Assembly (NCBI GenBank): GCA_013239625.1
Contig: MU053559.1
Span: 3,474,607-3,538,606 of the forward strand
Reading direction: 5' to 3'
Origin: Lama guanicoe
Lineage: Eukaryota
DNA: 64,000 bases
The position numbers were made by a program, and so were the translations under genes. The notes below the pieces were generated by a model. The model saw nothing but the letters and a program-made list of their open reading frames with translations. It did no database searches and was not told where the DNA came from. This document shows, one piece after another, positions 63,311 through 64,000 of this stretch (positions are counted from its first letter, which is position 1; every line of letters starts with the position of its first letter).

Positions 63311-64000
63311 CTTGGGAGAAGATGCAAATGCCGACACGTACAACCATATAGACACATAGAAAGGGTTTTCCTGTTGATGACGTTGTTTGTTTTGACCATT
63401 GTGCTGTATGCATGCTTTCCTTTCATTTGCTTTGCTCATTTACCCATACCCCCCACCGACCGTGGCTCTGAAAAGAAGTTGCCGGCAGTGGGGAGGGAGG
63501 GTCAGGACTGGAATGTCTGCTGTTTCCCTTCATCCCTTTGCCATTGGCTCCTGGGGGAAATATCTGTCGACTGGAGTGGTGAAAGGAGAAATCTAATAAA
63601 TTCTTTTCCTGAGACTAATTAAGGCTTCAAAGAGACAGATAACCACTGGGGAAAATATAGTCATATTGAAACCAGGAAATGGTCAGTAAAACTGCAGCCT
63701 CTCAACATGGAACCCAAGAAAGCACTGGCTCTTTGGGCTGAAGTCTTGCTGGGTTTCAGGGTTGTGTGCATCGGAAAACCTAGGATACATAGCTGAACAG
63801 AAAACAAAAATGCTCTTCTACATCCTTTGCTGATTTGGGGCTTTAGGCTCAGATTTGATCGATTTTCGTGAGCTGTTGCCATGAGCAGACATGTGAGGGA
63901 AAGTAGTGCAAAGTTGTATGAAAATATAGTCTCCTCGACTTTGGGATTATCTCCTACCTATGGGGATGGTGGTACCTGGATCCATAAGGATCTAAAACAT

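Larger units (their letters stand above)
51641..64000 (+). other. NDP: NDP intron 1 (continues past the window)
   Basis: Starts GTAAGC; no Norrin coding sequence (MRKHVLAASF...) in the ORF track; human intron 1 is recalled as roughly 14 kb. Confidence 0.8.

Noticed and set aside
1..64000. ORF-track entries as protein-coding genes
   Set aside because: They are short, overlap on both strands, often lie inside repeats or microsatellites, and resemble no protein except L1 ORF2p remnants. Norrin coding exons are not present.

Overview
Mammalian genomic DNA, almost certainly camelid (alpaca/camel), judged from four copies of a tRNA-derived SINE matching the camelid vic-1 family plus cetartiodactyl-type L1 3' ends. 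About 51 kb is repeat-rich intergenic sequence (MaLR/ERVL/ERV1 solo LTRs, L1, L2, MIR, hAT and mariner MITEs). It is followed by the promoter and non-coding exon 1 of NDP (Norrin; X-linked in human) on the + strand, with a CT repeat, a TATA box and a splice donor at 51640/51641, and then about 12 kb of intron 1. I see no protein-coding exon; the ORF-track entries are chance ORFs or L1 remnants. The most striking unexplained structure is a 324-bp gapless palindrome in NDP intron 1: 114-bp arms with 94/114 identity around an AT-rich quasi-palindromic core. The window also holds several clear retrotransposition or repair fossils: a 67-bp polyadenylated micro-retrocopy, an apparent L1 3' transduction, a twin-primed L1, two cases of serial insertion into the same target site, and a 39-bp templated insertion. 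Gene and repeat-family names come from recalled sequences, not database searches. Boundaries of old repeats are approximate.
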